Origin: the human T2T-CHM13v2.0 reference genome, Homo sapiens
Direction: 5' to 3' (one strand)
DNA: 64,000 nucleotides
Assembly (NCBI RefSeq): GCF_009914755.1
Contig: NC_060929.1
The notes beneath the pieces are model-generated. The model had not been told where the DNA came from and made no database searches. It was given only the letters and a program-made list of their open reading frames with translations. Shown piece after piece: positions 58,007-64,000 of this stretch (its first letter is position 1; each line of letters starts with the position of its first letter). Made by a program: the position numbers and the translations under genes.

Positions 58007-59344
58007 CGTACTCAGTATATATTTTTGAATGAATGAATAGAAAAATGATTTTTGAGTTCCTTTCTAGTAAAAAGAAACACCATGATACTATGTAAGTTGT
58101 TTGGTGATATAATTTTCTTTTGCCTACTTCCACTTTCTCTTCCAAAAAGTCGTGGTAGAAAATAAAATAGGTACTGCTTTAAATTATGATTGTGATAAAA
58201 CTGTTTCCCAACAAGCTTTTCAGAAACGAATTTGGAGGTGTGTCATTTATAGTGACTGTTGCATTGATTAAAAATAGTATATAAGAAACTTTAGGTTTAG
58301 GAGAACGTTTTCTTCCACGATTTGCATGGTGTCAATTTATGCAGCATTTCTCAAAGTAAATTAAAAGTTACCTTTAAATTATTCATGCTATTAATGAGGT
58401 TTAAGCCTAAGAGAGTAGACGTAAAATACTTCACATAAAAAGAACATACAATTACAGGCCTCCCTGAGCAGATATTGAGCAGATATCTTGGTGCATGGAA
58501 ACAGGGTTTTCAGTCTTTCCTATTTTAAAGAGTTCCCAGTTGAAGACTGGGCAAAACAAAGGCAAAAATTTGCCTGCAGCCCTTTTTACTCACGTAATTC
58601 ACACACAATTTAGTTTTGAGTTAATCTGAAGTCGTTTTATTGTTAAGTTATAATTTATGGTGTATATCCAAAGCAATGACACTAAGTTAAATAAAGTATC
58701 ATAGAAAAGTTATTATTAGTTTTTTCATTTACCTTATTACTAAAGACATCAGTGTAAAACTGGTTTAAATTCAGATATAATGCACAAGACCATGTTTGTT
58801 CTGACAGAATGACAAGCCCATAAGCTTTCCTAATCCTACCAGGAAAACTTTTAAGACTTGATCATCAATCTCAAGTCCTAGTGCAAGTTAGAGATACGAT
58901 TCTCAAGGTCATAATTACTCTTGAATTAGTCTAACCAGAAATTCTAGTCTACATAAAACACTCCAGTATTTCTAAGACTAAGCAATCAACAGAATCACAG
59001 AAGAATTTGGAATAAAATCAGTTAGGATTTTTGTAAATGACAAGCCACAGTTGGGTTGGTTTTGTAAATCTGTACACAGAATGTCACTCTCCCTGAAGTT
59101 TGTCATAAAAAGAGCATTTATATAATGTGTGGCATAAAATACCCCATTTTACTTGTAGATATTAACAAACCTTCTTTAAAACATCTTTAGATACTAAATA
59201 ATATTACTCTCATGAAAAACTTCTCTCTGGTAATTCCTGCACACCACCCCGGCACACACACACTGGTTATTATTTCCTTACAGCTTTTATTTTCTCTTCA
59301 CATCCCAAGGCTACTCTCTATTTTTTTTTATTCTGCATAGAATT

Positions 59345-59523
59345 CTAGATATGCTAGAGAATTCAGTGAAAATTGCATTTCAAATAAAAAAATTAATAAT
59401 ACCTTTTAGTATTAGTATGTTCCAAGTATTATGTGGGACATAGTTACACTAAATCTATTATTCGTAACTTATCTAAAAGACAAATTTAACTGGATGTCCT
59501 GTGTTTTAATTTGCTAAAACCCT
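59345..59523. mobile_element. MER53 palindromic hAT MITE (degenerate)
   Basis: TTTTAGTATTAGTATGTTCCAAGTATTATGTGGGACATAGTTACACTAAA centre; AAATTTAACTGGATGTCCTGTGTTTTA...AACCCT right arm. Confidence 0.78.
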
Positions 59524-60639
59524 AAGTCTAATGTTACACACAGCACTTACCATTTCAGTTGTTTAGTATGTTTTTAATGTCCTATATAAAATGAAAATCT
59601 AATTAATCAAACATTTTTTGAGCAATAAGACATTTTAAAAACTCAATGTAAATAATCACTTTGAACTTTAATTATATATACAAAATTATTTTGAATTCAT
59701 ACTGTGCTGACTAAGCCTTAGTCCAATTTTTTTTTAAAGTTCTCAACTTTGCCTCAAAGGACTTTGTTCCCTTTCTTTTATGTTCCCATAAAAAAATGAA
59801 CATCTAGAACCCATTGGATAGTTTCTCATGTAATATTGTCATATTTCATTAATATGCCTGTCTTCTTGTTGAATTATAAGCTCCTTGGAAAAAATAGATA
59901 TTTTATCTTGGTATCACTTAGATTATTTTACCTTCATATGTTTTAATGTACCACTTTCCAGTTAATTGAATTAGAAAAATCAGGCTCCACTGGATGGCAG
60001 CTAAGCATTGGTACTCCAGTCATTTCAAAATGGCAGACAGTAACTGCATTGCAAATCAGTTAACGGTCTCATGACTGCTTGTTAGGTCAAGGCAGAAAAT
60101 AAACCAAATAACAGATGTTGATAGGAAGACTACTTCAACTTAGACTGCCTTTGGGAAAATATGTATATTATGCTTTTTTCTGGGCCATGGGAAGTAGTTG
60201 AATTCATTAAAATAGATGATACAGTCACCATAATAATTTCCAATAGAAAATTTGAAAAATAAAACTATAAGTCTTGTTATATTTTCTTTTCACAGATGAT
60301 AATCTTCAAATATTTTGGTCTTATTTTATTCTTAAGAATAATGTAAAGTAATGAAAATGGCTGTTTAAAGTTTTTTAAATACCTTAAGATATCTAGGATG
60401 AATTGGCTGTGTTGAAATATTTTTATGAAATATTTACTTTTTATTGTACTTATTCCAAAAAAGTTTAGTTTGGCTCATAGAAGACTTGAAGCCATGATAA
60501 CCAAAAGTGATTTTGAATCCATTTGACACACACATATATATATATATATAGTTTTTATTATAAGTAATATATTTTGATATAAGCAACATGATGTGACCTA
60601 AGGTTGTTAATGGTCAGTGTAAAGTATTTAAACCCAAAG

Positions 60640-61352
60640 TGTAGCACAAATCTGCTATTTTGCCCTATCTTCCATTTTCTTTTCTTCTAGTACAACTCTG
60701 ATTTTATTTGGGGGACCATACATTTCTTATTAGATAGAATCTAGGTGGAACTGTCAATCAAATTCCTTGTACTTCTCTCAGAGGATAGATACTTCATGTA
60801 AACCAGGACAAATAATATCCTTTCCCTAGAATGCACACAAAAGCTGAAAATAGTTATGAGTCTCCTTTAATCTTGGCTTCCCACATCCAAATAGCTTCAT
60901 TGGTTCCTGTCCTGTTTGATGCCTGGTTCTGTAACGTTTTCTTTGATGTGTGGAGTTATTTCATATCCTCCAGAAAATTGTTTGTTTATTTATTTATTTA
61001 TTTATTTTTATTTTTTTTTTTGAGACAGAATCTCACTCTGTTGCCCAGACTGGAGTGCTGTGGCTCATTGCAACCTCCACCATCAGGGTTCAAGCGATTC
61101 TCTTGCTTCAGTCTCCCGAGTAGCTGGAATTACAGGTGCCTGCCACCACGCCTGGCTAATTATTGTACTTTTAGTAGAGATAGTTTCAACATGTTGGCTA
61201 GGCTGGTCTCGAACTTCTGACCTCAAGTGATTCACCTGCCTCGGCCTCCCAAAGTGCTGGGATTACAGGCATGAACCACTGCACCTGGCCTAGAAAATTG
61301 TTTATTTACTTGAGCAGAACAAGTTTGGTTGCTTGAAACTAAAGAACTTTAG
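60640..61352 (+). mobile_element. Old ERVL LTR (LTR16/LTR33-like) interrupted by Alu
   Basis: CTGATTTTATTTGGGGGA near the start; TTGGTTGCTTGAAACTAAAGAAC at the end. Confidence 0.4.
60984..61290 (-). mobile_element. AluS (Sx/Sz-like) with 12-bp TSD
   Basis: (TTTA)n/poly-T tail; TSD AGAAAATTGTTT at 60972-60983 and 61292-61303. Confidence 0.94.
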
Positions 61353-61421
61353 TGAAAACATGTGCTTATACATTCCCTTAAGACAGGAGAAAAAAAAATA
61401 AGATGTGAGTAATAAGGAGAC

Positions 61422-61810
61422 TGTATTAGTTTTCTTTGTGCTTCCATAATAAAGTACCTCAGAATGGATGACTTTAACAACAGAAATTGATTTTCTCACA
61501 ATTCTAGAGGCTAGGAACCTGCGATAAAGGTGTCAGCTGGGTTGGTTTCTTCTGCGACCTCTTTTTCACTTCTAGATGACTGTTCTCTCCCTGTGTCCTC
61601 ACATGGTCTTTTCTGTTTATGTGTCTGCGTCATGATTTTCCCTTATTATAAGAATACTAGTCGTATTAGATTAGAACCAACTTAGTGATGCCATTTTAAC
61701 TTAATTACCTTGTTAAAGACTATCTCTGAATACAGTCATATTCTAAGATACAGAGGTTAGGGCTTCAACATGAATTTGGAATTTGGGGTGGGAGGTGAGA
61801 TTCCACAATA
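61422..61810 (-). mobile_element. MLT1B/C-like solo LTR
   Basis: TGTATTAGTTTTCT...AACAACAGAAATTGATTTTCTCACAATTCTAGAGGCTAG...CATTTTAACTTAATTACCT...GGGCTTCAACATGAATTT. Confidence 0.85.
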
Positions 61811-62379
61811 TCAGAGACTATTGTTGTTGGGTTGAGAGGCAAGGCCCCATTACTTGCCTGGATGACCACAGAGCTGAGAGAGAGAGACAAAGAAATAGAG
61901 ACAGAGAAAGAGAGAAAGAAAAATTTTAAAGATGCAGAAAGAGAAATAATAGAGAAAGGCTTAGGGTGCTTAAATGTCACAGAAATCCAGTAATATTCAA
62001 ATTGCTGATGAATTTAATAATTTATTCATTGCAAAGACTACAAAGCTGCAAGATGTGTAGTTTTCCCCATTCGTTTGCATAAATAACTTGTATAGGCCTA
62101 AAATAGTTACAAAAAATAGCTCTAAAACTCTAATTCCTTGGAAACAGACACACTGCATTCTCTCTGAAAGCTGAGAAATAAAATGTTAAATTAACACTTG
62201 TAGAGACACCAATTATGTTAGATAGTTCTATCATTTCTTTTAAATAACTTTAAATATGACCCACAGTAAGCAGTCATTTTATATTATGACTCAATGTTGT
62301 AAAACTAAGACAGAAGTTTAATGAACCAATGTTCTATCTATCCGTGTGTGATGCACTCTTCTTATCTTTCTTTGATGTG

Positions 62380-62556
62380 ATTTTATTTTATTTTTAAAAG
62401 ACTGAGTCCCGCTCTGTTGCCCAGGCCCAGGCCAGGCTGTAGTGCAGTGGTGTTATCACAGCTCACTGTAACTCTGAACTCCTGGACTCAAACAATCCTC
62501 CCACCCTCAGCCTCCCAAAGTGCTAGGACTACAGGCATGCGCCACTACTCCTGGCC
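62380..62556 (-). mobile_element. FLAM-type Alu monomer
   Basis: GCTCTGTTGCCCAGG...ATCACAGCTCACTGTAAC...GAACTCCTGGACTCAA...CCTCCCAAAGTGCTAGG. Confidence 0.85.
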
Positions 62557-62857
62557 AACTTTGTAAAAATAATAATTACTAACTATTGATTTCGTGACCC
62601 ACTAATAGGTCACAATCTGCAGTTTGAAAAATACTAGAAAATGGAAATTGCAGAAATGGTACAATTACACATATTATTGTAGAATGTGAAAAAAAATCTA
62701 TTTTTCTATCATCTGTATGTATGTACTTATTATCAGAATACTCCAATGCAAATTTCCCATTATTCTTCAATATATGCATAGCTGTTCTGTTTTTCTGCCA
62801 AACCTTGAGCAATAGTGATAGAGTAAAAACTAGGATAAAATCCATTTTATTCTCTCT

Positions 62858-64000
62858 TTTTTAAATTATTATTATACTTTAAGTTCTGGGGTACATGTGC
62901 AGAGCATGCAGGTTTGTTTCATGGCTATACACGTGCCATGGTGGTTTGCTGCACCCATCAACTCATCATCTACATTAGGTATTTCTCCTAATGCTATCCC
63001 TCCCCTAGCGCCCCATGCACCGAAAGACCCCAGTGTGTGATGTTCCCTTCCCTGTGTCCATGCATTCTCATCGTTCAACTCCCACTTATTAGTGAGAATA
63101 TGCAGTGTTTGGTTTTCTGTTCTTGTGTTACTTTGCTGAGAATGATGGTTTTCAGATTCATCCATGTTGCTACAAATGACATGGACTTATCCTTTTTTAT
63201 GGCTACATAGTATTCCATGGTATATATGTGCCACATTTTCTTTATCCAGTCTATCATTAATTGGCATTTGGGTTGGTTCCAAGTCTTTGCTATTGTGAAT
63301 AGTGCAGCAATAAACATACGTATGCATGTGTCTTTATAGTAGAATGATTTCTAATCCTTTGGATATATACCCAGTAATGGGATCGCTGGGTCAAATGGTA
63401 TCTCTGGTTCTAGATCCTTGAGGAATCACCACACTGTCTTCCACAATGGTTGAACTAATTTACACTCCCATTGACCATGTAAAAGCGTTCGTATTTCTCC
63501 ACTTCCTCTTCAGCATCTGTTGTATCCTTTTTAATGATTGCCGTTCTAACTGGCATGAGATGGTATCTTATCGTGCTTTTGATTTGCATTTCTCTATTGG
63601 CCAGTGATGAGGAGCTTTTTTTCATATGTTTGTTGGCTGCATAGACGTCTTCTTTTGAGAAGTGTCTGTTCGTATCCATTGTCCACTTTTTGATGGGGTT
63701 GTTTTTTTTTTCTTGTAAACTTGTTTCAGTTCTTCGTAGATTCTGGATATTAGCCCTTTGTCAAATGGATAGATTGCAAACATTTTCTCCCATTCTGTAG
63801 GTTGCCTGTTCACTCTTTAGTTTCTTTTACTGCACAGAAGCTCTTTAGTTTAATTAGATCCCATTTATCAATTTTGGCTTTTGTTGCCATTGCTTTTGGT
63901 GTTTTAGTCATGAAGTCTTTGCCCATGCCTATGTCCTGAATTGTGTTGCCTAGGTTTTCTTCTAGGAGTTTTATTGTTTTAGGTCTTACGTTTAAGTCTT
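62858..64000 (-). mobile_element. L1PA7-like 3' end, continuing past the window end
   Basis: TTATACTTTAAGTTCTGGGGTACATGTGCAG 3'UTR; ORF2 C-terminal remnants ([18 protein letters not shown]; NRQPTEWEK). Confidence 0.93.

Noticed and set aside
58465-58486. 11-bp tandem duplication TGAGCAGATAT x2
   Set aside because: Ordinary short slippage duplication; not a canonical GATA motif
60270-60300. Strong splice acceptor TTTTCTTTTCACAG (similar ones near 39390 and 40230)
   Set aside because: No convincing paired donor or reading frame; expected by chance in T-rich DNA

Overview
AT-rich, CpG-depleted primate (most likely hominoid) genomic DNA that looks intronic or intergenic. I find no credible host protein-coding exon, RNA gene or CpG island. 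Well over half of the window is transposable-element remains: primate L1s (L1PA2/3-, L1PA7-, L1PA8/10- and L1PA15/16-like), older L1M elements, Alus/FLAMs, a complete THE1 MaLR provirus, many solo LTRs, DNA MITEs (MER2, MER8, MER20, MER53), MIR/L2 and microsatellites. All long ORFs in the track are L1 ORF1/ORF2, THE1-internal or Alu/antisense artefacts. I do not see a novel biological system. The most interesting signals are two four-level nested TE stacks with readable TSDs, three local templated-duplication scars, a young L1 with an RT active-site substitution and compensating frameshifts, a candidate MIR-derived 36-nt exon, and a MER53 hairpin. Subfamily calls are made from memory of consensus sequences, and many boundaries are approximate.
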